Shown here piece by piece: positions 38,101-48,652 of a stretch of DNA of 64,000 nt (positions within the stretch are counted from its first letter, which is position 1; each line of letters begins with the position of its first letter). Origin of the DNA: Cyanophora paradoxa CCMP329 (Eukaryota; Plantae; Glaucophyta). The DNA lies in assembly GCA_004431415.1 (NCBI GenBank), contig QPMI01000408.1:434001-498000 (forward strand), written 5' to 3'. Made by a program: the position numbers and the translations under genes. Below the pieces are notes generated by a model, which was not told where the DNA came from, did not search any database, and saw nothing but the letters and a program-made list of their open reading frames with translations.

Positions 38101-39601
38101 GCAACACCTCGACATCAGCGGCAACCAGCTCGAGGTCCTGCCGTCAGAAATCGGACAGTTGACGAGTTTGAAGACATTACTGTTGAGCCACAACAAACTA
38201 GTCGAGCTTCCAGCGGAAATTGGGTGCCTTGCGAGCCTGCGTATTCTTCGCGTCAACAACAACAAGCTGGAGACGCTGCCGCCGTCCATGGCACGGTTCT
38301 ATGATCGCCCAGACTTCCAGCTCGAGATAGAACACAACCCTCTCAATGGCCTGCCTGAGCACGCTCGGCTTTCTGGCATGGCAGCTCTCATGTATCTTCG
38401 CTCCTTGCCTTCCTCCTCCGACCGTGTGAGTTGTAAATGCTGTTGCGCTCGCGATTGCTTTTCTATGTACGTCTGACCTGACCAATCTGTTTCCCCTGCA
38501 GAGGCGCCAGACTTCGAACCGAAAGCGAACGCCCGCAACCCCGCTCACTGGCCATAATGGTTAGCACATCTGCTGTTATTCAACATTGGACACGCTACCT
38601 CCTGATCACTCTTTGCAAATTGTTCTCGCAGATTTAGACGAGCAGGATCAAATCGTTGTTGCCGGCCCATCCACTCCACCCACGGCCCCTATGCGCCACC
38701 CATCTCCGAGTCCGGGTCGGCCTGACAAGAAGTGGGACTGCTTCATAAGGCGCGCCTCCAGGATCTCTCGCCTTCAACCCCGCCCCCCCCCCCCCCCCCC
38801 TCCCCCCCCTCCTCTTTAGCTTACTACCCCGGCGCCCTCATGCCTCGCGATTGGGCAGCTATTCGCACGAGGACACGGAAATCGTCAGCAAGTACTGTGA
38901 AGTCCTACGCGCAGCCAATATTTTGATATGGTTTGCCGAATCGCGCTTGCTGTGCATGCTCGCCGGGTTCCCCAGACCGGGTACCGCGGCCGGCAAGCTG
39001 AAGTGAACCGTTGAACGTTTTTCGCAGGATGGATTGCACATCCATAAAGTCCGGCCAGAGATGGCTGGACCGAATTGCGGTGCATTTGTTTTAGTTGGAG
39101 CGTTTTTAGTCGTATTGCTCGCCTGATCATGAGCGTTTTGTAAATTACCCAGGAAGCCATGCAGTGCTGCCGGTCCTTCATCTGCTTCCTCTCACTTCCG
39201 TACCTCAAATCTGAGAACTGTGACGACGAGATGCATTACGCGCACAAGTTGCGCCTTCGAATGTTCCCTGGTCAGCGACCGCAGTCCATCTCGCGATCTC
39301 GCGAATATACCTACATGCTCACTGTACATGTTGCCGCCGCAGTGTGGCTTGCAGACCACAAAAGCAATGCCGCGGCCGTGAGGCGAGTTCTGCCACCAGC
39401 CTACGATGCACGTTTGCTTGGAATTCGTTCTGCATGCGCACTCTGTCGTGCTGCTAAACTGTGACGCGGTCGCAGTTCATGTTGAATAAGACGCACTGGA
39501 CGGAGCAGCACGGCAGAGGACCCGCTGCCATTCGCGCGGCAGCGAACTATCTCGTCGAAGGCATTCAAGACTTTCTCGACGATCTGTCCATACGTAGCTG
39601 A
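32108..39601 (+). CDS. Myosin (class VI-like motor) - IQ - LRR - TIR fusion protein, ~40 introns
   Basis: Spliced motor motifs: [16 protein letters not shown]-loop GDSGAGKT (33070-33093), [76 protein letters not shown] motifs IQSAWR and LQATWR. LRR exon about 37714-38424. TIR: [40 protein letters not shown]. Every junction from motor to TIR is phase-compatible. An alternative in-frame ATG lies at 32051. Confidence 0.85.
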
Positions 39602-39656
39602 TATCGATTGCAGTTGCAATTGGCCATATGCATCGGGCCATTGCAAAGAATTGCCA

Positions 39657-39876
39657 TTGAGCTCTTCTAGATCTACTACTTCTCCTTGCGCTCGTTCTCC
39701 ATATCCATTGCGTTCATACGATCGTGTCCCTTCTCGTGACCCCTCTTGATTATGTGTCTTGCGATTGTCTGTCTTGCTATTGTCTGCTATCTTTTGATTT
39801 ATGATTCTTTCAATTTGTTATTCTTTAGTATTACTTTTTACGCGGGGTTCGCCCCACCGTAGTCTCTCAGAAAAAA
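39657..39876 (+). mobile_element. Diverged 5'-truncated LINE fragment (ORF end, 3' UTR, hairpin, poly-A)
   Basis: gatcgtgtcccttctcgtgacccctcttga matches 3515-3544; ends ggggttcgccccaccgtagtctctcagaaaaaa. Confidence 0.85.
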
Positions 39877-40659
39877 TGCTTGGCCACTAGTACTACTTAG
39901 AGCAGCATATATTGCAACCGATAAGACTAATTCAATGACGAGTCTCGATCCGGAGTGCCGGATATCGATCGGAGACTCGGAGTACCTCTGATCTAGATCT
40001 GCTGCGTACGCGTGCTCGCGCTGGCCATGTGCATCATCTTATAGTTTTAATGCATGGGCCGAGCCGGGGCTCCTGCAGCTGGGTCGACGCGTACGTACGC
40101 GTCCTACGGTACGTGGACATTGACGCTGGCCATGGATTGCGACCGTCGGATCGGACGTCGACCATATGCATCGATATCACCGAGTCATGATTTGACTCAG
40201 TGATGCCACATACAAGAGGATCAAATTAAAGCGAACCCGACTTAAAAGCTTCGGACGCCGCGACGGAACCCGGCCCGGGATCCGGAGCCTCGGAGCCCCG
40301 CGGCGGGGTACCGTAGATCTACTATAGCTAGGCTAGCGCTAGGACGTTAACGTTAACCCAGCTCGAGATCCGGATCAGATCGATATCGATATCGATTTTC
40401 AAAGACTTTAAAGTTGCTCGAGCTCTCTCCCCGGGCCCGCGGCCGGTAGAGCCGGTTGAGTACCCCTCTCCCCCTAATGCGCATGCGTGTTTCGAATTCA
40501 AAGTTTGTATTTGATTTCCAGGCTTGAATGCATATGTATCCGTGCTTCATTGTAATTTCAAACGCGGGAGTGAAGCTTAACAACTTGGCAAGTCGGTACG
40601 CAGCGGTACGGGCGGGGGCCGCGGCGGTACGGCGGCCGCGGGCGGGGGCCGCGGCGGCC

Positions 40660-42230
40660 CTACGCAACGGCGAAGGCGCCGGCGGCGAGGGCGGCGGGGA
40701 GGGCGGGCCCGAGGGGGCGCGGCCGCCCGCTCCTGCTGCTGCAGCTGCTGCGGCGGCGGCGCGGGGCGAGGGCGGGGCCGGGGCGCGCCCGGCGGCGGCG
40801 CGGGCGGCGGCGGCGTGGGTCCAGACGGGCGGCCACGCGTCCTCCTCCTCGCTGTCGTCGCTGTCCGACCAGTCGCGCCGCGGGCCCGCCGCGGCCGGCG
40901 CGATGCCGAAGCCGCCCGGCGCGGCGGGGGCGGGACCGGCGGCGGGCCCGGCGGCGGGGGCGGGGGCCGGGCTCCACTCCGCTAAAGAGTCGGCCTGGGC
41001 GCCGCAGCGCTCGAGCAGAGCGGCGAAGCACTTGCCGGCGCCCGTCACGCTCTGCTGCTCCAGGCTCGCCTCCAGCGCGTGCGACAGCTCCGCCACGCTC
41101 TGTACCCCCCTGAGCGGGGCCCGGGTACCCGTTTCGATGACGGGCGGCGGACCTTCTCGAGGTCGCAGATGAGCGTCGCGAGCTCGCGCTTCGTGGGGCT
41201 CGCCGTGCAGTGGAAGAACGCCACGTACCCGCACTTGAGCACGTGCCAGCTCTGGGGCGCGCGGTTCAGGGGGGTACGGAGGCGGAGGGGGGGTACGGGC
41301 GGGCGCGCCTGGAGGACGGTTGCGGTGGCGCGGCCGAGGATGGCGCCGCGGCGGTGGGAGGGTCGGCGGGGCGGCGGCGCGCGGCGTCGGGGTCGGCGGC
41401 GGGGCAGGAGCGGGCGCCGCAGCCGCAGGCGCGGGCGACCTCCTGCGCCTCCGCGTCCGACATGTCGACGGCCCGCAGCCGCTGCAGCAGCGAGCGCTCC
41501 CGCCTCAGGTTGTTCGAGTGGAAGAGGTACCTCCTGTACATGTGCACTGCGGGCCCGGCCCCCCGGATCGATCGCGAGCGAGCGGGGGGCGCGGGGCGCG
41601 GGGCGCGGGGCGGCGCGCACGGTAGTGGGCCATCGCGCTGGTGCGCCCCGTCGCCGTCTCGCGCTTGCAGAGGTGCAAGACCTTCTGGTCGTAGCACCTG
41701 CCCGGGGGGCTCAGCGGGCGGCGGCGGCGGCACCATCGGCTGCGGCGGCGGCGGCTGCTGCGGCGGCGACGCGCACCAGAGGTCTCCACACGCCCAACAG
41801 AACTCCGTTAGGCAACCACTACAGGTCAGGTGGTTGTAGCCGGGGGCTGCGGGGCGCGGGGCGCGGGGCGCGGTCAGCGCCGATCGCCGGGGAAGGGCGG
41901 GCCCTGGCGCCCGCGCGAGCTTCGGGGAGCGGATGGCGCTGGTCACTGGGAGAGCGCGCTCTGGCCGGACGAGGGGAGGGGCGCGCCGCTATCGAGACGG
42001 GCGGGGCCGGGAAGAGGCGCGGCCTTTTGGAATGCTCGCGCGGCGTGACAAGCGCGGGTCTCCCTTCAGCTAGGAAGCTCGCAGCTAATATGCAGAACAA
42101 CTCCGACCACTCCCAGGTGAGAGGGAACCCCCGGCGGCGGATCGGCCGCGAAGGTTCTCCAGGCGGGGCGCGGGGGAAGCACGCACTGTGCGGCTTGCTG
42201 GGCGCGACGTTGCATGCCGGGCAAGGCACC
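40660..42230 (-). CDS. Degenerate Ariadne-family RBR E3 ligase (RING2 remnant + Ariadne domain); possible pseudogene
   Basis: YNHLTCSGCLTEFCWAC resembles RING2. AHYLHMYRRYLFHSNNLRRE, ATVLQSWHVLKCGYVAFFH and DLEKSVAELSHALE resemble ARIH Ariadne-domain helices. No clear RING1. Boundaries uncertain. Confidence 0.6.
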
Positions 42231-42655
42231 TGATGCCGACAGCAGCAGTCAGCGTGCTGCGCCCGGCCCTCTGGGCGCGCGCCAGCTCAAGTTCGCGCTC
42301 ACACTATCGAATGCTGCGAAGTTGTCCCCGAGCTTGGTGGCCCCTGTGCGGGCACAGTGAGTCATTCGTGGGCGCACACGGCGACCCTGGCCGCCCGCGT
42401 GATCGTGCGCACATGACCCCGCATCTTCACACTTGGCCGGAGCATGGGCGGGCAGCCCGCACTGACACCTGCTACCGCTGGCGCTGCTGGCGCTCTGTGT
42501 GCTCATCCGGGCGCTTCTGGGCTTTGAATTCTGGCTTCGATCCTTTGTAGACGGGTACAGTGTGACAGCTCCATCGACGCGCGGCCAAGGCGCGGCGCAC
42601 CAGAGAAGCGTGCCGCGGCTCTGCGGGTTGGAGCGGAGGAATGGAGGGCCACGGC

Positions 42656-43684
42656 ATGGCGAACGCTGCCGCTGCGTTCCTTCAGCTCGTACAGCAGCCG
42701 CAGCTCCGCGGGGCCGCCGCCAGCGCCTCGGCTTCGATCGATAGCTCCGCGCGCTGCGCAGCGGACGGACCGGGCGGGCCCCACGCGCAGGTGCGAAGGG
42801 AAAAGCGTACACGACCCCGCTGACCCCCGCCCGCGCGGCCAGCGGGCTCCACCTGCGATATCTTGGCTCTGCTGACTTCGTTTTGTCGATTACGCAGGGC
42901 CACGGCCTTCGCACGCGCTTCTGCGGCACGGGCTTGCGCGTGCGCCGGCCGCGGGTGATTGGCGGCGCCCGGCTCGCCCCGGAGTGGGGCTGGGAGCCGC
43001 CCGCACCGCCGCCTGCCTCGTTCATTCCCGCGGCCGGCAGCGCCGCTGGCCCGTCGGGTCCGACGGAGACCCTGGCGCCGCCCCCGCCGCCGGCGCGCAT
43101 CCCGACCGCCGACGAGCGCGCGGCCGCGGCCGCCGTGACCGTGCTGCGGAGCCCGCGTAGAGCCGCGCGGCGCCCCCGGGACGCTCCCGCGGCGGAGGAA
43201 GAGCCGACCGGCGCGCGCGATGACGACGAGGAGGACGAGGAGGAGGAGCCGGGCGGGGAGCCGCGGCGGCGCTGGCGGGAGCGGTACGAGGAGCTGCGGG
43301 CGTTCGTGGAGGAGCACGGGCACGCGCGTGTACCCCGCTCGCACGGCGCCCTGGCGCACTGGTGCCTCTGGCAGCGGCTCCGGCGCGACGACCTCTCCCC
43401 CGAAAAGAAGGCCCTCCTCGACGTGCGCGGATTCGAACCCGCGCGCCCTTCGCTAACGGCGTACCCCAGGCGGTGGGCTTCGCGTGGAACCTGCGGGGGG
43501 ACAAGTGGGAGGCGATGTACGAGGACGCGAAGGCCGTCAAGGAGGCCCTGAAGGCGCGCCGTACCCCCCCGGGGCTCCGTCCCTGCGGCTCTGAGACGGC
43601 TACAGGTGGAGCGCCTGAGGCCGTCGGAGCTCGGGTCGTCGGCGGCGGCGGCGCTGGAGGCGGCCGGCGGGGGCAGGCGCGGCG

Positions 43685-43719
<35 letters not shown>

Positions 43720-46700
43720 GCGCTGCGGGCGTGGATTTACCGGCAGCGGATCCAGCACAGGGGCGGCCGGCTCTCCGCGGAGCAGGAGGCCAAGCTGGAG
43801 GCCCTGGGGTGCCTCGATTCGGAAGACGAGGCGGAGGGGGCCGCCAGGGGGCCCGGCCGGCCCCGCAAGGGCGCCGGCGCGGGCCGCGCGCGGCAGGCGG
43901 CGGCGGCGCGCCCTTCGCAAGCCGACGTGCTGCGGTTCGGGTCCCGCTGGGAGGGTTTCTACGCGGCGCTGGCGGAGATGCGGGCCCGGCACGGGCACTG
44001 CAACCCCCACTCGAGCCGCGACGGCGACCCCCGCGGTACCCCCTCCTCCCCTCCCCTCCTCCCCTTCTCCTGAAGCGGGGCAGGCGAGCTGGCGGCGTGG
44101 GCGGACCGGCAGCGGGCGCTGCGGCGGCGCGGCGCCCTCGCCCCGCACCTCGTCCGCCGCCTCGAGCAGATCGACTTCGGGTGAGGATCACGAGGGCCCG
44201 GCGCGCCTCAGACTTGGGCCCGGGCTCACCTTAGCGGGCGCAGGTGGTCGCGGAACGAGGCGCGCTGGCGCGAGAACTTCGCCCGCCTCGCCGCCTTCAA
44301 GGTGCCCGGGCCGGCGGGAGGGCGAGCGGGAGGGCCAAACATGACCTAGAGATCCTTAGAGGGCGCACAAAAGCTTAAGCTGAAGCTCTATGAGATCCTT
44401 TAGATCAGGTCCTGAAAGAAACCCTTAGAGGCCCGAGCTGCGCTGAGCCTCGCGCCCCCTGCGGCAGGAGGAGCACGGGCACTGCAGCGTGCCGCAGCGG
44501 TGGCCGCGGGACCCCGCCCTCGCCCGCCTCGTCTCCAACCTCCGCACCTGGCGCAAGTCCGGCCTCCTCGCCCCCGAGCGCCAGGCCGAGCTCGACGCCG
44601 TGCGCCCCGCCCCGACGCCGCGAGCTCGGGGGGGCGGGGGGACGAGAGGGGTCTAGCATGGGCCAGGCCAGGCCGGGGTAGGCTAGGATAGGAGGCCTCC
44701 CTGCGCCCGCACCGCACTTAGCTCCCCTTCCCTCGCTAGCGAGCTCGGTGCGGTGCCTGCCAGGCTACGCTAGGGTAGGGTAGGAAAGGACAGGCGAGGC
44801 TAGTTCCCCCTCCAACCCCCTCCCCCCGCCCCTCCCATAGCTCGCCCCCCCTCTAGCCCCCCGCCGCCCGCCCCGCCCGCCTCACCCGCGCGCCGGCGCA
44901 GATCGGGTTCGAGTGGGGCGTGTACGCGGCGGAGGAGGCGGCGCCGGCCTCGCTGGTGCGGCGGCTGCAGGAGTACCGCCGGCGCCACGGGAGCGCCAAC
45001 GTCCTCCGCCCGCCCACCGCCGCCGCCGCCGCCGACCCCGAGCTCCCCGCCCTCCGCCAGTGCGCCCCGCCCCGCCCGCCCGCCCTCCTTGCCTGGCTAG
45101 GCTAGAGGGGGGGGGCCCAGCGACCCCTCTGGCCCAGACGTCCCTAGGCGAGCCCGCAGAAGCAAGCAGTGCCCCCCTCTAGCCTAGCCAGGCAAGGAGG
45201 GCAGGCCGGCGGGGCGGCCCTCCGCCAGTGCGCCGCGCCCCGCCGGCCGCGCCCCTCGCTCCCTTGGGGCCGGCGAGGCTAGAGGGGGTCACTGGCCGCT
45301 TCTGGGGGCTAGGAGAGATCTAGAGGCTCGGCTGCGCTCTAGAGGCGCTCTCGGCACGTCTGGCCCAGAGGTCGATAGGCAAACCTCGCCCGCTTCTGCG
45401 GGCTAGGAGAGATGCTAGGCTGCGCTCTCGGGACGTCTGGGCCAGAGGGGCCGCCGCCCTCCGCCCGCAGCCGTTCCCACCTTCCTCCGCAGGTTCGCGT
45501 ACCGGATGGCCCGGCGCTGGCGCGAGGGCGCCCTACCCCCGGCCCAGGCGAGCCGCTTCCCTCCCCCGCCAAGCTTTGTATAGATAGCTGACTCGGGGCG
45601 CAGCTGAAGGCGCTGGGGCGGCTGGGCCTGCTGGATGCCTTCGCGCAGATCCGGCGCCACGCCTCCCGCCGCTCCTGGGCCGACTAGTCCGCCCCCGCCC
45701 TTCCCCCCATCCTTCCATCCAATCTGAGCCGCCCGCCCGCCCGGCAGCTACGAGGAGCTGAAGGCGCTGAGGGAGCAGCAGGGCCACTGCAAGGCGCGCC
45801 CGCCCCCGGCGCCCCCTCTCTTCTTCTACGGGGTCAAGCTGAGCTGAGCCCTGCGTCAGGTGCCGCGGAAGGCGAACGCGCTGTACGTGTGGGCGCACAA
45901 GCAGCGGCGCTACGCGGCGCTGGGCGCCCTTCCGGCCTCCCAGCGCGCGGCGCTCGAGGCGCTCGGCTTCGAGTGGGGCGGGCCCTCCTCCTGGGACGCC
46001 CGCTTCGCCCAGGTGAGCTCGGGCTCTGACGGATAGAGCCTAGACTAGCCACGCCCCCAGCGGCCGCCGTGCTCCACGACCAGGCGTCCTCCCCCCACGC
46101 CGACCCGCGCTCGCAGCTGTGCGCGTTCGCGGACGCGGCGGGCCACTGCCGCGTGCCGCCGGAGGAGGCGGCTCTCTACAAGTGGGCCGCCTACAACCGC
46201 GCCCGCCGCCGCGCCGGCCGCCTCCCCGAGGACAAGGTGCGGCCGGGCGCGGGCCGGGCGGGCGGGGGATGGCTGCGATTGCGCCCCATGGGCGGTGCTC
46301 TCCCGCCCCGCGCCGCCCCGCGCCGACTGGGCGGGGCGGCAGGTGCGGGCGCTGGAGGCGCTGGGCTTCCCCTGGGAGCCCGAGCGCGCGCGGGCCGAGG
46401 CCGAGGAGGAGGCCCGCGCGGGGGCCGAGGAGGAGAGGGCGGCCGCGGCGGAGAGGGCGGCCGCGGAGGAGGAGGAGGAGGAGGAGGAGGAGGCGGACGT
46501 GGCGGCCATCGAGGCCGCCCTCGAGTCCGCAACGCGGTGCGAGTCCGCTAAGGCGGAGGGGTACCGGTCTAGGACGAGCTGGTTTCTTTCAGAGGGGACG
46601 AGGGAGCGAGGGGGGGGGGGGGGGGGGGGAGGACGAGCTGGTTTCTTTCAGAGGGGACGAGGAGCGAGGGGGGGGGGGGGGGGGGCAAGGGAGTTTGGGG

Positions 46701-48652
46701 GGGGGGGGGGGGGGGGGGGAGAGGCGCGCGCGGGCGGGCGGGCGGGAGCGCACTCGCACGCTCGCGCGGTAGCAGGGGAAGGAGGGGCCTAGTACGAGGT
46801 GGTTTCTTTCCTAGACCGCGCGCGCCACGGCGAGCCTGCGCGAGAGAAATGAAGGGGGCGGGCGCGGCTGAAGCCCCCTTCTCTTTCGCGCAGGGAGCTG
46901 GAGCGGGAGGCCGGCATCCAGCCCGCCGCCTCCCCCCCCCCCCCCCTCGGGCCCGCGCTACGCGGTGCCGGAGTTCCGGCCGCCCTTCGACGACAGCCTC
47001 GAGATCCCCGCCGACCGCCTCCCCTACAGGCCCGCCCCCTCTTCCCTTCTTTCCTTCCTGTCTTCCTCCCCCCTGACTTCTATCCTGTAGCTTCGAGGAG
47101 GCGCTGTGGCACGCCTTCAAGTCCGTCCGCGCCGCCGCCCGCGCCTCCTTCCTCCGCAACTCGGTACCCCCCTCCCCCTCCCTCTATCTGACGTCGGCGG
47201 CCCAACGTGACGGCGCGCGCCCCGCCCAGGTCGAGATCTCGCTGCCCCAGGAGGACCCCGACGACAAGCACCCCCTCCTCCGCGCCGTGCGCGTACCCCC
47301 TTTCCGCTACAGCGTACCCCCTCCCCCAGCGAGCGAGCGAGGCGTGCCCCCGGCGCGTAGGCGCGGGAGATGACGTACCACTTCGCGCGGGAGAGCCAGC
47401 TCTTCGCTGGGCCCAAGATCCGCGGCCGCACCGTCAAGGTTCGATCCCGTACCCCCCCCCCCCGCGGTCCCCCCCGCCCCGGCCAACTCATTCCTCCCCC
47501 CCCCCCCGCCCCTCCAGGTCTTTTTCTCGGACGCGGGATCGGCAGCGCTTGCGCGGCGCGAATGGGGGGAGTACCTGGGAGATCTCCCGTACAAGGCGCG
47601 GAACGCCGTACCCCGCTTCCATTCCCCGTGCCCCTTCGAGCCGCCGCGCAGATCTGCTTCTTCCGCACTGGCGGCATCGGCGATGCCGTCGACCGCGGCG
47701 ACGAGGTACCACTGTACCCCCAACCGATCGTTCCCCCATTTCCTTTTTTGAGCCGGGGCGGCGGTAGGCGGTCATCGTGGTGGGGCCGTACCCCCCGGAG
47801 TTCGAGAACGTGGCCCGCATCGCCATGCAGGCCAGTGCCCCCTGCCCTTCTGTACCCCTCCCCTGGCCGCCCCGCCGAATCGAATCGCGTACCCCCCACG
47901 CAGGCCCAGGCTCTCGTCCGGCCCTTCGTCCTGCTGAACCACAACCTCACGCGGGGGCCCCAGGGGCAGCGGCCCACGGGCGTACAGGGTGCGCAGCCTG
48001 CCTCCTCTCCGTCGCCCCCCGATCCGAGCTTGGTTCAACCTCTCCGGCAGCGCGGGCGACGGCGCAGTTCCTCGAAACGATGCAGACGAGCTACTGCCTC
48101 AAGCACTTCCACTCGGGGTGCGCCTCCGCTCGCCTCTGCGCGCGCGCCGCGCTCGCTCACTCGCCGGCGCCCTCTCCAGTATCATCGTCTTCCGCTCCTT
48201 CCCCTCCAACTGGCAGGTCGTCTCCGTCTCCGAGGCCAACCCCGAGGCGAGCGCGTACCCCCCCTTGCGCTCCGCGTACCCCCCCTGAGAGGCGGGCCGC
48301 GCAGGAGTACAGCGTCGTGAAGGAGATGGTCAACCGCCCGACGCGGGCCGACATCACCCTCGTGCGCCGCGCCGCGCCTTACCCCTTTCCGCATCTCTTC
48401 CCCCGACTCACCCCGACCCCCCGCAGGCTCTCCAGGAGCTTCTCGGCACAGAGCGGTGCGCCCCTCTGCTCCCCCTCCGCCCCGCCCCGCCCCGCCCCGC
48501 CCGGCCCCGACGCGGCGCGAAGGTACGCGGCGTTCGAGGGGGCGGGGGGCGCGGGGCGGGAGGAGGAGGGGCCCGGCGTGGCCCCGCGGAGCGCGTGGGA
48601 CCGCTTCGCCGCCTTCGTCTCCCGCGTCACCGGCCTCGACGTCTTCCAGTAG
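42656..48652 (+). CDS. Putative plastid protein with ~7 helicase-associated (HA) repeats fused to a C-terminal DUF1995 domain
   Basis: N-terminus MANAAAAFLQL is Ala/Ser-rich. HA repeats W..RYEEL..F...HGH..VP....L..W...QR.....L.......L..LGF.W span 43270-46375. DUF1995-like motifs LPYSFEEA, VFFSDAGSAALARREW, RPFVLLN, YCL, VFRSFPSNWQV and RPT. The fusion needs one fewer C in the run at 46932-46946. Confidence 0.7.
45049..45460. repeat. Intronic fold-back / duplication structure
   Basis: gccctccttgcctggctaggctagagggggg (about 45082-45112) is inverted at about 45172-45202. The exon end and donor gccctccgccagtgcgcc occur at both 45049 and 45217. Confidence 0.65.
46571..46810. repeat. Intronic tandem repeat with G-runs
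   Basis: ggacgagctggtttctttcagaggggacga at 46572 and 46631; partial third copy near 46794. Confidence 0.7.

Noticed and set aside
37670-38476. Standalone bacterial-like LRR gene
   Set aside because: It has a non-ATG start and phase-compatible splice sites on both sides, so it is better read as an internal exon.
42655-42658. Overlapping divergent start codons in CATG
   Set aside because: The minus-strand ORF cannot be convincingly spliced to the Ariadne-like exons; probably coincidental.
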